This document shows, in pieces, positions 25,766-41,020 of a stretch of 64,000 nucleotides of DNA; within the stretch, counting starts at the first letter, position 1, and each line of letters opens with the position of its first letter. The DNA comes from the human T2T-CHM13v2.0 reference genome, Homo sapiens. The position numbers and the translations under genes were made by a program. The stretch is from the NCBI RefSeq assembly GCF_009914755.1, contig NC_060933.1. One strand, 5' to 3'. The notes under the pieces are model-generated. The model was not told where the DNA came from, made no database searches, and was given only the letters and a program-made list of their open reading frames with translations.

Positions 25766-26761
25766 CCTGACATCTGGCACAGAGTAGGTGCTCATTAAAT
25801 ATTAAATGATTGAATGAATGCAATAATGCATTTCTGAACAGTTCTCAAAGCTGACATCCAGTGAGTGGAGTAGGGGACAGAGGTACTTATATTATTAGTA
25901 ATATGTATTGTATTTGCATGTCTGTTACTTCATTCACTTTAGCTCAACTACAGAAACAGAGAGAGATAAAGATAGAGAGGGAAAGCATGTGCGTGAGAGA
26001 ATTGCACATGATACATGATTCTTATTGACTAGATAAGGAAACTGAAAATTGAGTGACTAAGCTTCTTGTTCAAGGTTACAATGAGGCAGATCTCAGGCTC
26101 ATACCTAGGCCTGTCTGGCTGGAAAACCAGCACTCTGTGTCCCCACTCTGTTGTGCTAAGTGATATCCTTGGCGTGGAAGGGGAAGTCAGCAGTCAGAGT
26201 AGAAAAATCAGCATTCACGAAGATGGAAGACGGGGAGGTGAAGTGGGATGTAACCAGACATCCTGTGGAAGGGCAGTCATTGCATTTTCTAATTGCTTTG
26301 AAATCCAGGTTTACAATTCTTGAGAAATGAATTTTATTTTTTTGAGGCTACTGAAAAACTGTAGTTTGAGTCCCCTTAAGATCTGTCACTGATGTTTTGG
26401 CAGATATCTGGACATTTCTTGGCTGGCTGTTATATATCTAGAAGTGCTAGACTATTCCATGTACATTCTGTTATTCCATCCTCATAAGGACCCAGTGAGA
26501 TGTTTTAATCTCCATTTTATAAATCCAGGAACTGAGTTTCAAAGAAATAAGTGATTTCACTTGAGGTCATACACTATAATTGGCAGAGCCAGTGTATGAA
26601 TCAAGAAATGTCTGTCAGTTAAGTGTTCCTTGTTTATTTTTATCTTTTATTGACGTATCATAATTGTACATATTTCTGGGGTACATGTAACATTTGGATA
26701 CATGTATACAATGTATAATAATCAAAGGTAATTAGGATATCTATCACATCAAACATTTATC

Positions 26762-27054
26762 TTTTTGTTTTTGTTTTAAGACAAGGTCTCACTCTGTCTC
26801 CCAGGCTTGAGTGCAGTGGCATGATCACTGCAGCCTCTACCTCCTGGGATCAGGCAATTCTCTCACCTCAGCCTCCCAAGTAGCTGGGACCACAGGCATA
26901 TGCTACCACATCTGGCAAATTTTTTAAAACTATTTGTAGAGACAGGGTTTCCTTATTTTGCCCAGGCTGATCTTGAACTGCTGGGCTCAAGTGATCCTCC
27001 TGCTTCAGCCTCCCAAAGTGCTGGGATTATAGGTGTGAGCCACAGCACTTAGTC
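26762..27054 (-). mobile_element. AluJ nested in L1
   Basis: Dimeric; TSD aacatttatctttt on both sides. Confidence 0.93.
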
Positions 27055-27874
27055 AACATTTATCTTTTCTTTGTATTGAGAACATTATAATTATTTTCTT
27101 CTAGCTATTCTGAAATATATAATAAATAACTGCTAACTATAATTTCCTTACTGTAATATCAAATGCTAGAACTTATTCTTTCAATCTGACTGTATATCTG
27201 TACCCATTAACCAACTTCTCTTCCTCCTCCCCATCCCAGCTTCCCTTTCCAGTCTCTGGTAATTACTGTTCTCTCTACATCCATTAGATCCATTTTTTGT
27301 TCTTTAGCTCATACATATGAGTGAGAACACACAATATTTGTTTTTCTGTGCCTGGCTTATTTCACTTAACATAATCACCTCTAGTTCTATCCATGTTGCT
27401 GTAAATGACAGTTTTTTTTTTTTTTTAAGGCTGAATAATACACCATTGTGTATATGTACCATATTTTCTTCATTCATCTGTTGATGGATGCTTGGGTTGA
27501 TCTCATATCTTGGTGGTTATGAATAGTGCTGCAGTAAACATAGGGGGGTGCAGATATCTCTTTGACATACTGATTCTCTTTCTTTTGGAGATATATCCAG
27601 CAGTGGCATTGCTGAATCATATGGTAGTTCTATTTTTAGTTTTTTGGGGGAACCCCCATACTGTTTTTCATAATGGCTGTTCTACTTTGCCATCAATAGT
27701 GTCTTAGCATTCCCCTTTTCTGCATCCTCACCAGCACTTGTTATTATTTGTCTTTTTGATAATAGCCATTCTAACTGGGCGAGATGATATCACACTGTGG
27801 TTTTGATTTGCATTTCCCTGATGATTAGTGATGTTGAGCATTTTAAAATATACCTGTAAGCCATTTATATTTCT

Positions 27875-28050
27875 CCTCCTCCTCCTCCTTTTTCTTCTTC
27901 TCCCCTTCACCCTACCCTACCCTTTCTCCTTTTCCTTCTTGATGGGGTCTTGCTATGTTTCCCAGGCTAGCCTCAAACTCTTGGGCTCAAGTAATCCACC
28001 TCAGCCTCCCAAGTAGCTGGGACTACAGGCACACACTACCACTTCCAGCT
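27875..28050 (-). mobile_element. FLAM monomer with degenerate CT-rich tail, nested in L1
   Basis: gatggggtcttgctatgtttcccaggct...; TSD ccatttatatttct (27861/28052). Confidence 0.85.
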
Positions 28051-29844
28051 TCCATTTATATTTCTTCTTTTGAGAAATGTCTATTCAGGTCTTTTGCCCA
28101 TGTTTAAGGAAGATTATTTGTTTTTCTGCTATTGAGGTGTTTTAGTTTCTTATATATTCTGGTTATTAATCTCTTGTCAGATGGATAGTTTGCAAATATT
28201 TTCTACCATTCTGTAGGTTGTCTCTTTACTTTGTTAAGTGTTTTCTTTGCTATGGAGAAGCTTTTTAGCTGATTTAGTTCCATTTGTCTATTTTTGCTTT
28301 TGTTGTCTGTGCTTTTGAGGCCTTACACCAAAAAAATCTTTGCCCAGACAAAGGTCCTATAGCATTTCTCTAATGTTTTCTTCTAATAGTTTCATACTTT
28401 TGGGTCTTACATTTAAGTCTAATCAATTTTGAGTTGATTTTTGTGTATGGTGGAAGATAGAAATCTAGTTTCATTCTTCTGCATATGAGTATCCAGTTTT
28501 TCCAGAGCTATTTATTAAGGACACTGTCATTTCCCCGGTGTATGTTCTTGGTGCCTTTGTCAAAAATTAGTTGACTGTGTGTGGATTTGTTTATTGTTTC
28601 TCTACCCTGTTTCATTGATCTATGTGTCTGTTTTTATGCCAGTACCATGCTGTGTTGGTTATTATAGCTTTGTAGTATAACTTGAAATCAGATAGTATGA
28701 TGCCTCCAGGTTTGTTCTCTTTGCTCAGGATTGGTTTAGCTATTTGAGGTCTTTCCTAGTTCAACATAAATTTTAGGATTATTTGTTTTATTTCTGTAAA
28801 AAATGTCACCAGTATTTTAATAGAGATTATATTAAATCTGTAGATTGTTTTGGGTAGTACAGACATTTTATCAATATTAATTCTTTCAATTCATGAATGT
28901 AGGATATCTTTCCATTTTTTTCTGTCCTTTTCAATTTCTCTCATCAGTGAGAGATCTTTTACTTTTTTGGTTAAATGTATTCCTAGGGTGTGTGTGTGTT
29001 GACTGCAAATTGTATTGCTTTCCTGATTTCTTTTTCAGATTGATTGCTGTTAGTGTATGGCAACACTATCGATTTTTGTATGTTGATTTTGTGTCCTGTA
29101 ACTTCACTAAATTCATTTATCAGTTCTAAGGGTTTTTGGTGGAGCCTAAAGGTTTTTGTAAATATAAGATTGTGTCATCTGCAAACAAGGATAATCCGAC
29201 TTTCTCCTTTCCAATTTGGATGCCCTTTATTTATTTCTCTTGCCAAATTACTCTGGCTAGGACTTCTAGTACTATGTTAAATAAAAGCAGTGAAAGTGGG
29301 AATCCTTGTCTTGGTCCAGATCTTAGTGGAAGTGCTTTCAGTTTTTTGCCATTCAGTGTATTAGCTGTAGGCTTGTCCTATATGGTCTTTATTGTGTTGA
29401 GATGTTCCTTCTATATGCTGTTTGTTGACAGCTTTTATCATAAAGCAATGTTGCATTTTATTTAAATTTTTAGCATCTAATGAAATGATCATAAGGTTTT
29501 TTTATCCCTGATTCTATTTATGTGATGAAGTGTTCTTTTTAGTTCTCTCAGCTTGATGACATTGCAGTTGACTAAAAAAAAAATAGAGAGAAAAAAAGAA
29601 GAAAGTCTAGAAGCCCAACTAATTATTTGAGAAGCAGACAAACTGTGCCAGAAGTTATCTTGCTCTGTCTTCTAGAAGAAACCTATCATTATCTGTGGAA
29701 TAAAAACACTAACATCCTTGCAGCTAATTAATGTTGTTTTAGTTTTCAAGGTTTCTTCTCACATGTTTATTCATTCAGCAAATGTTTATTGAGTGCCTGC
29801 TTTGTGTTCATGATTCTCTAGACCTCAAGAAAATAGCTAGGACA

Positions 29845-30140
29845 GGCTGGGCATGGTGGCTCACGCCTGTAATTCCAGCACATTTGGAGGCCAAGGTGGG
29901 CAGGTAACACTTGAGTCCAGGAGTTTGAGACCAGCCTGGGCAACACGGCAAAACCCATTTCTACAAAAAATTGCTGGGAGTGGTAGTATGCACCTGTAGT
30001 TTCAGTTACTTGGGAGGCTGAAGTGAAAGGATTGCTTGAGCCTGGGAGGTGGAGGTTGCAATGAGCTAAGATATCACTACTGTACTCCAGCCTGGATGAC
30101 AGGGTGAGAACTTGTTTAAAAAAATAAATAAATAAAACAT
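29845..30140 (+). mobile_element. AluJ
   Basis: Dimeric Alu, A-rich tail. Confidence 0.92.
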
Positions 30141-30194
30141 AACAAAAACAACTCTTATTTGTCTCCCAGCAGGGGAGAAAGATGGCAGCAACTT

Positions 30195-30335
30195 TTATTC
30201 TATTTTATTAAACAGCTATGTTGAGATAGACTTCACATACTATAAATTCTACCCTCTGAAAGTGTGTAATTCAGAGGTTTTTAGTATATCACAAAGTTGT
30301 GCAACCATTACCACTACCTGATTCCAGATCAATTT
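30195..30335 (-). mobile_element. L1M 3' end fragment
   Basis: cagctatgttgagata...aagtgtgtaattcag...ttgtgcaaccattaccac. Confidence 0.75.
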
Positions 30336-30593
30336 CAAATGGATATCTAATTTGTTAGGAGTGACAAGGTCACCGAAGACAAATAAGTGGGGTGAGGTGA
30401 CAACATTGCTAGTTTACCTGCAGTGATCAAGAGAAGGCTTGCCAGATACGGTGATATTGGAGCAGAAACCTGCATGCAGTGAGGGAGTGAGACCTGGATA
30501 TCTGGGGAAAGAATGGTCCTTGGAGAAAACAGTGCCAGATCCCGAGGCAGGAGCACATCCAGTGTTCAGGGAAGAGTAAAGAGATCAGTGAGA

Positions 30594-30898
30594 GGCTGGG
30601 TGTGTGGTTCACGCCTGTAATTCCAGTACTTTTGGAGGTTGAGGTGGGTGGATCTCTTGAGTCCAGGAGTTCGAGACCAGCCTGGGCAACATGGCAAAAC
30701 CCTGTCTCTACCAAAAACATGAAAAATTATCCAGGCATGATGGTGCCTGCCTGTGGTCCCACCTACTCAAGAGGCTGAAGTAGAAGAATCACCTGAGCCC
30801 ATGAGGCTGTGAGTTTGCAGTAAGCAGAGATGGTGCCACTGCCCTCCAGCCTGGAAGACAGAGTGAGGCCCTCTCTCAAAAATAAAAACAAACAAAAA
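30594..30898 (+). mobile_element. AluJ
   Basis: Dimeric; TSD agatcagtgaga on both sides. Confidence 0.93.
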
Positions 30899-31419
30899 GA
30901 TCAGTGAGAAGAGTCAAGGGCCCAGGAAGGGAGATGGTCCTATCCGAGTGTTATAAGGGATCATGTGTTGGAGCACTTGGTACAATGCCTGGTACACGGT
31001 ACATGAAAGGTGTGATTATTATTGCTGTTCTCATCTTAAGGGCACCAGGCACTTTGCTTCCTGAGCACCAAGGCTCTGTTTCACCTTTGCATGCCCCTGC
31101 AGACAAGACCAATGATGTGGACCAATGATGTCGCCTTAATGTGAAGAGTCATTAAACATCCATTGAGTGGAAGAAGTTTCTTTAGTCTTTAATAACCTTT
31201 GTTTGCTCTAGGAATGAGCAGAAATATACATGCTCAGATGGACTGATAAACCACAAAGTCCAATTTTAACTCTTCCTACCAACGGGGCATTGTTTTCTCG
31301 AAGGCTTTAAAAATTTCTATTTCCTTGAGAGGCGGGGTGGGATGAAGATTTTTTTTTTTTTCCTTGGCTTCTTGTTGAAGGCGGCTCTGTGATGGGGTTT
31401 CTTTATAGTTGGGCAAGGG

Positions 31420-31600
31420 GCTGTCTGGGTCAAAGTGACAGCCAACGTGTGCTGCTATTACAACACATTACACAAATAGCTCTACATAATTGCTACCATC
31501 CATCAATTTGGGGAGATCCGTGGTGAGAGACGCTGCCAGTTTCTTGGAATGAAAACTAAAGCTCCAAATAGCCCATACAGTCACACTCACTAATCAATGC
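31420..31600. promoter_or_regulatory. Candidate PBX-HOX/MEIS enhancer
   Basis: TGACAG 31436-31441; TGATGGATGG on - strand 31496-31505; TTCTTGGAA 31541-31549; unique sequence. Confidence 0.4.
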
Positions 31601-32937
31601 CAGTTTTTCTAAGGGAGGGTAAAATTGGTCTAGTCACCAATTCAGCCTTGAAAAGGATTCCCTTGTGTGTCCTTCATGTGGATTTCAAGCCTGTTTCCTC
31701 AATGCTCTCTTTACATTTTTTTTCCTTGAATCTCTCCCAAACTCTTTTTATCATAGTATTTTTTGCTCTGCATTTTCCTATGTTGCAAGCTGAAGTCTTT
31801 GTTGAGCTGGCTAAGGATGGTTAGCTTTCTGATGGGTTTAGGTTAATCTAACCACCGTGGGCAGCAGGACAGAACGTCTCAGCTCCATGTGCAGTTGGGA
31901 GTTCTCATTGACCAGCTTCTCTGTCTGCATGGGTTGAGTTAACCTGATTATTTCTCAATTTCTATTTCATTCTGGATTGGAAAAAGAGTAACCATGAGTT
32001 ACAAAAACAAACAAGTGGAAAAAAAAAAAACATGTTAGAGGTACAGCATTCCAAATTGTGAAATCTCTCAATAGTCACATCTTGCTCTTCAACTCAGTCA
32101 TTCTAAGACACTGGGCCGTAAGCACTGTGCAGCAGGCAGGGCTGTATAGGGCAGGGCTAATGGCAGTGTATCTGACACGAAGAGGCAGAAAAATCTTATT
32201 GAATTGATGCTGAAGTAATGAAGTCACATTCTTGTTGATCGAAAATACAATTAAACAGAAAATTCCCACAAATAAGGCCCTTTTGAGCAGTGCTATATAT
32301 GGTCAACAGCTTGCCTTGTAATAACTCCGAGGGACTCTACAAACTCGTGGAATGTGAGAACCTTGTTTAGTTCCCCTGAGAATGGGCCATACGGTCTCTT
32401 TAGCAGTGGTAATGGTGGAGGGTGTATGTGTTCCACAGATCCATGTTACAGACACGGCCGACAACTTTCCACCCCCAGCACATAGTCTGGTTTTCCTTCT
32501 CCATGAGAAGTGGTCTCCCTTGATACGAAAAGCCCTCTTCCATCAGAATGCCCCTTGAGGCATGAGCCCCTATCAAAGGATGAGATGGGGGAGCCTATGA
32601 GGTTCCTTTGGCTTCATGTTCCATGCTCTATCTGGATCCTCTAGTAATGTTCATCTGAATGAATCCTCCATGTTCTCCAGAATGGTATAGCCTATTATTA
32701 TACTAGCCAGAATTATTTTTTTTTGTGTGGATAATCAATAGGAAATAAAAGAATTCAAGGGTGATTTGGTGTTTGCAGAAATCCTTAGAAGTTCTTTAAG
32801 AGGAAAAAAAGTAAGTCTTGCTTAAAACCCTCAAGCCAAGGGACATGGTTCTTTTTCATGGATAAGTGCTACTGAGAAAAATGCAATAAAACATGTCATT
32901 CTTTCCGGTCAATAGACACTAGACATTTAAATTTTCT

Positions 32938-33358
32938 GTTATTGTTTTTTTGAAGTGAACATACACTCAAAGTTTTATTGTCTTCATCATAAAACAAAAG
33001 ATGACACTTAGAACCGGATCGCTTGGCCCTTTGTCTTTGTACCTCCTCCCAGTTCAAAATCCTTGTATCTCTTAATGGCCAGCACTTTTGTAGATCTGCA
33101 GTTGGGCTCAATGCACTCAAGCCTCAGCACAATCTTCTTTGTAGTTTTAGCCTTTTTCCTGAAAATGGGCTCAGTCTGCCCGCAATAGCCACTTGGCTTC
33201 CTATTATAGCACTTCTTTCCCTGGGCATACAGAGAATCTTTGCCCATCTCATTCTGTGTCACTTTGTGGGACTGGTGCTTGACACACTTGTTACAGAAAG
33301 TCCGGTGGGTTTTAGGAACATTCACCATACTTGCGGGAGTGCTGTGGGCACAGAAGTG
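32938..33358 (-). pseudogene. RPL36A: Processed pseudogene of ribosomal protein eL42 (RPL36A); open frame 33328-33008, 106 aa
   Basis: [15 protein letters not shown]...[20 protein letters not shown]...KGQAIRF; intronless; UTRs; AATAAA at 32974-32979; A-tail; perfect 14-bp TSD catttaaattttct (32924-32937/33359-33372). Confidence 0.97.
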
Positions 33359-33864
33359 CATTTAAATTTTCTTGGGCAAAACAGGATTAAAAAAAGGTAG
33401 TTTTAACTTTTCTGGGTGCTGGCGTAGTTAAAGAGATGGTCAGGTAATTAACTCTCCCCTCCTGGCAGGCAGCATATAATAATAGCAGTATAATAATGAG
33501 AAAGAGAGTATGTTATATTTGAGTAGCACTCTATACTCTGAAACTGCATTCACCTGCATTTTCACTTGATCCTCCTAATAAGCCTGTGAGGACACTTAGG
33601 CAGGCATTACACAGATAAGGAAACCGAGGATCATAGAGAAAGTGGAAAGCGACTTTTTCAAGATCTCATAGTTAAATGGTGACTTTTGAACTTGGGTTTC
33701 CCTACTCTCCAGCTGTCACCTTCTCTGCTAGAAGAGGGGTGGTGAGGAGGGGAAGAATATTTCCTCCCAATTTTTTTGTTTCAGTGGTTGATTGACCCTC
33801 AAGAGAGACTCCCTTTATTTCGGCTCTCAGGAGTCTGAGGTACTGTTTGCCCAAAACAGGCTTA

Positions 33865-34251
<387 letters not shown>

Positions 34252-35544
34252 TCACCTCCCACGCTTGTACAAGTTTCCTCAGGGCAGGCCCTGACCAAAT
34301 CTCCATCACCGCTTATCTCAAGCTTGTCCGATGCTACCACTTTCTATGGTGAGGACTTCTGTCCTTGAGGTTGCCACCTATAGTGCCCAGCCTTAGAGTC
34401 ATTTTCTTTCCTGCTTTGCTAACACCTGTCCTTGAAAACCTCACTTTTTCTCTGCTGGGAAAAGTGCCTTTGTGCCTTTTTCACCATGGTTTCTGTCATC
34501 TAAGCCTATGTCATCTCTCACCTGAACCTTTCTTTTGGGGACACTTCACTCCTTTTTTCTCCTCTAAACCCCAGCTTCTCAACTCTCCAGCATCTTTCTA
34601 AAGCATGGATCTGCCTAATGATCCCCATCAGGAAAAGTCAAGCTGTATGGAGGCAGCATTTGGGACTCTCAGTGGCCTGGTCCGAGTCAGTTGCCAACCT
34701 CACCCCTCTGCCTCCCACTATTGACTTGAATGATCAACTCCAGCCACACTCTCCTGGCACTGCCTTCATTATCTTTTCTGAACTCTTCCATCTCTAGGAT
34801 TTTGCTCACACTATTCTATCTCCAAGTGTAGAAATTTAATAAATCAACTTTCAAGGATTACCACAAATGCTGTCACCTCCAAGAAAACTTCCAGTCTTAA
34901 CTCCTCCAGGAAAGAAGTCTCCCTTCACCATTAACAGCTAGTGCCAAGACCTGTCTTGTTTGCAGTATTTCCTCATCTATTTGCCTTCACTGGGCCATGT
35001 GTGCCCTGAAGCTCATGACTAGACCTTGGCCATCTTTGTGTCCCTGTATCTGGTATAAAATAGATACTCAAAGGTTTCCTTTGGATTGATTCTGGCACCG
35101 TGTGAATTACAGTTGAATGGCTCAAATATCTAGCCCCTCTCCTCCAGGGCAGGATTATCAAAGAATGCCGGAATATCTGTAGCAAACCAGTCAGTATCTA
35201 CTTGCAGGGGTAGCAAGAAGAAGACAAAGCAGATAAATGGATGTTGGACTTGGAGTTCTTGCCCTTTGTAGAACCTGCACTGTTAGGATGGCCTGAGGGC
35301 TCTGAAATACTGGTGGGAGGAAAAGCAAAAAAGTGGGCAAATCTGAAGGAGCTGCCAAAGGTGGAATTGAGCTGATGCTGCTCCCAAAACACCCACCTTT
35401 TGGCAGCATTATTCTTCCCAGAAGGGAAAGAGGTAGGCTTGGGCTCAGAAACTCTACCTTCCAGTCCTTTTTTGTCCCTTGGGTAACGACCTTGGGAAAA
35501 TCTCTTGGCTCCTCTGAGTGTTGGGGTTCATTAGGGCTCCCTCA

Positions 35545-35899
<355 letters not shown>

Positions 35900-35999
35900 A
35901 AAACTTGGACCGCAACTTTAAGCCATGGAGAAACAATGAAAACATTTGAGATAGAAAATGAGTTTGATGAGTTGGTAGTAGGAGGGTCAGACAATTTCA

Positions 36000-36520
36000 G
36001 GGGATGTTTACCTAAGAAAAGTAAAAACATATGCTCACAAAAGATGTGTAAAAGAGTATTTTCAGCAGCTTTATTCACAGTAGCATGAAACTGGAAACAA
36101 GCCAAATGTCCATCAGCAGGAGCATGGACAAACCAACTCAGGATACAGTATCTTCATACCATGGAATACTGCTCAGCAGTGAAAAAGAAGAAACTACCGA
36201 GATAGAAAACAACGTGGATCAAACTCGAAAAACATGTTGAGTGAAAGAAGCCAAACCAAAACGAAGAAAAGAATATTGCATGATTCCATTTATATAAAAT
36301 TGAGGTCAAACAAGTTGAGGCTTTGGTGAGAGGTACTGGAACAATAATTACTTATGGGGTGGGGTGGGGATTGACTGGAAGAAGAGGCATGAGAGAATGT
36401 TCTGGGCTGATGATAATATTCTAATTCTTGATTGAGCTATTTACTTCATGAGTGTTTGTGTTTGTCAGAACTCATCTAATTATATATTTAAGACTGTGCA
36501 GTTTAGTTGTCCATTAAAAT
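36000..36520 (+). mobile_element. L1M (MC/ME-like) 3'UTR fragment
   Basis: gcagctttattcacagtagc...aaactggaaacaagccaaatgtccatc...atggaatactgctcagcagtgaaaaag...atgattccatttatataaa. Confidence 0.85.
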
Positions 36521-36578
36521 AGCTCTTGAGAAAAGTTAAGATTAATTTTATTTTTAAATTTAATATAATTTTAATTAA

Positions 36579-36853
<275 letters not shown>

Positions 36854-36854
36854 T

Positions 36855-37017
36855 AATTTTTATTTTTAGAGACAGGGTCTTGCTTTGTTGCCCAGGAGTG
36901 AGTGCAGTGGCACAATTTTGGCTCACTGCAGCCTCGACCTCCTGGGCTCAAGTGATCCTCCCACCTCAGCCTCCTGAGTATTTGGGACTACAGGCACACG
37001 CCACCATGTTTGGCTAA
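36855..37017 (-). mobile_element. AluJ right arm / FRAM
   Basis: gagacagggtcttgc...gcagcctcgacctcctgggctcaagtgatcctc. Confidence 0.88.
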
Positions 37018-37510
37018 CAAATTCATTTTAGACCAGACTTGTAAGTAAGCTTGTGGCATTGGGAATTGGTGAACTTGACAGTCAATGTCAGGCAACAGCA
37101 AAGCAACTTATCTGCAACCTAGCTTTCTAAGAGAAGAAGATATTTGGAATAAGCTATAAAAGAGTAGAAACCCACCAGATGGACCAAGGTGTAGAATTTA
37201 CTTCAGGAAGAAGAGAAGGAAGATCATAGGCTACAGGTTGGAAAGAGAGGCATCTGAACCTTGCAGATGAGGTGATGTAACAGGAAAGAGAGTCTGTGAA
37301 GGGGCAGGGGATAAGGCTACAAAGGCAGCGTGGGTGACCACAGGGATAGCTTAAGTGGCCAGGAGATGGTGGTCCCTCACTGTACAAGGCAGAGGGATAT
37401 GCAGGCCTGGATCTCAGAAGAGAAGCCTGGAGACAGAGTTTGGGGAGAGTGGCCAGCATAGAGGAGGTAGTGAAAACATCTGGGAATGGACAAGCTAACC
37501 CAGAAAATTA

Positions 37511-37950
<440 letters not shown>

Positions 37951-39067
37951 TCATATACAGAAGAATGGAAAGAAAGATCATTCTTTCTTCCTTGACGTGT
38001 CCAGGGAAAGCAAACCTGGTAGCCTCTCTCTCTGAGCTATACAATGTTGCCCTTGTTCAAGGTTTCTCCAGTGACAGAATCCCATACACTGTCTTGTTCA
38101 GACCAAATGGAAATGAAGCCATTCCTCAGCTTATGAAAAAAGAAGTCCCAGAAAAGGAATTACAGCCTGTGATGAACAGACTTTGTGCTGTTTTATGTCT
38201 CCTGATGACTATTACCTAACTTCTGTATGCCTCACTTTCTTCATTTGTAGAAAGGGGTTACTACTGCCATAGGATTATTATGAGGAGTCAATGAAAGATA
38301 TTTAGAAAAGACCCAGAATGGTCCTTGGTACATAATAAGTGCTATACAAATGTTTTTCAATTAAATTTATTTGTTAAATGAAAGGTAGAGTTCTCAATGG
38401 AAAGAGCTATAAAAAAGAACTTGCCAAGAGTTCCAGTGGTTCACTGGTAGAAAATCAACTCCCAAGGAAGATCAAATTAATTGTCTTACTCAATTTGTAT
38501 TTTGGAATAGTTTTAGATTTATGTAAAAGTTGCAAAGAAACTGAGAATTCCTCACCAAAATGATTTTTGGAATGTGTACCCAGTACTAACCATGTGCAAA
38601 ATAGTAAACTAAGCTGAGTGCAAGGGTCCGGGGAAATAAGGAGAACCATAGAGTAATAACTCATCTAATCCTTCCTACCTGTTGATTGTGGGGGAAAAGA
38701 AGAGTTTACGTTCATGTATTTGTTTGCTGTTAAGAGCCTGCTAGTTAGCACTGTGATAGGAACTGAGGATATAGTGGACAAATTCCTCCATCTGCCGAAG
38801 AATGTTCCTGTAACTATGCCAGGCACTAGGAATGCAACAGTGAAGGTTACTGTCCATATAGGTCATCGTTATAAAAGCAGAAAGAGAGAAAGATGGATGT
38901 CAAGCACTATGTGAGCTTCAAGGAAGAGGGATCAGGTCCATTTGGGAAGAGGCTTCATGGATAAGACAACTTTTGAAAGATGGAAAGATGGGTAATTGGG
39001 GAGTCTTATCCCCTTATAATAAGGGCTTCTGAAGAAGATGGGTAGACTCTAAAAGAGCTGAGACACT

Positions 39068-39542
<475 letters not shown>

Positions 39543-41020
39543 TTAGCAACTGCATTCTAGAAAGAGAGACAAGAAAATATGAGAGAGAGAATTAGGGCAG
39601 GAGAAGAAGAGAGAGGGGAGAAGAAAATTAAGTTCTGTTTTCCGCTTAGGTAGGAGCAGTGTCTGAAGGATTTCTAGAAGCCTGGATTAGGCTTCAAACA
39701 TTTAATGACTCAAATCACCCATGCTTGCTGATTTCCAAGTTCTTCCTGAAAGAACATAGGCACTTGTTCCTTAAAACAACCCAAAGAATGTTGCAATATA
39801 CTCAAATCAGAAACCACGTTATTTTTAGTTACTTTCTCCTCTTCCTCCTGTGAGTGACTTCTTGTATCAGATGAAGGCAGCACATAACCTGTGTGGCCTG
39901 CTGACCTTGTATCCCTGGAGAAGGTGGTTACCTGTTACCCAGGAGATGGGTGGGCTCTTCTTTTCTGTGACTTTCATCCCCCAACCCAACCCCCATTCTT
40001 ACCTACTCTTGTTAACTCAGGCTCAGATACTATGAGCTTTTAGAGGACAAAGAACTTGTTGCTCACCTCTGCATCCCAGCATAGGCCTGACACACAGTAG
40101 ATATTCAATTATTCATAAATAACTTACTAGAATAGTGGTGGAAGCTTCAATTATGCCAGAATTGTTGTGGTGAGATCCTCAGATGCATTGCTTCTACAAA
40201 TACTTTCAAGAACAAGTTATTCTAAGGTAGTTTCACCATGAAAACAAAGACCCAGTGGACCTTCTGGGTCCCATCCAGTTCACTGAAATTTCTCAGCCCA
40301 GTTATGCTCACTATACATAGAACTAAATTCATAATCTTTAACCCGTTTCCCTAAACCAGTGCCTGTTTTTTTTTTAAATGGCATCACCTTGTTCAGACAC
40401 CCACATTAGAAAACCGAGCAAGATTCTCAACTTTTCTGCTCTTTCACTCCCTGTATGAACTGGTTACCGACTCTGAATGCTGCTACCTCAGTATTTCTCT
40501 GAAACACGTAATCCTTCATCATTCTGCTCTGAATTGTTCTCATGTCTCCCGTTGAGCCTCTGATTCTAATCTTCCAGCTCTGATCTGTTCCTCAACATGG
40601 TCCTGCTAATATGCAGAATTGACCATGTGTCTCTCTGGTTAAAACCCCTCTGGGAGTATCTTTGCTTTCATCCAAGTCCAGAATTGAGAATCTGCATGCT
40701 TCTTAACACAACTCATACACTTCTCCATAGTGCTCCACCCATCTCCCCCATCCTCCAATCTCCTGTCTGTCATAACGAGTGTCTTTATGTTTCCTAAAAA
40801 CACCTGCCTCTTCCTCATCTATGCAGGTTGTGTCTTCTCAAAGCTCTGGGGAGGAGGCAGCTTAGTGAGATTTGGCACAGCAGCTTATTCTGCTAGTTCC
40901 ACCACTGTTGCTATAACTGACCCCAAAAAGCCCAAACTGAATGAATCTACTGCTCGCTTTGTTGAAATACCATGGAGGTCAATTCAGGCAGTGTGAACTC
41001 CGTGAGTTTTGTTTAATTAC

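Larger units (their letters stand above)
26630..29530 (-). mobile_element. L1M (L1MA-like) 3' portion, degenerate ORF2 end plus 3'UTR, with nested Alu and FLAM
   Basis: Reverse-complement L1 signatures (ctggcttatttcacttaacata, gttttgatttgcatttccctgatg, gccagtaccatgctg, tcatctgcaaacaagga). Confidence 0.92.

Noticed and set aside
27700-29530. L1 ORF2 as a coding region
   Set aside because: No long - strand ORF; many stops, frameshifts and nested SINEs.
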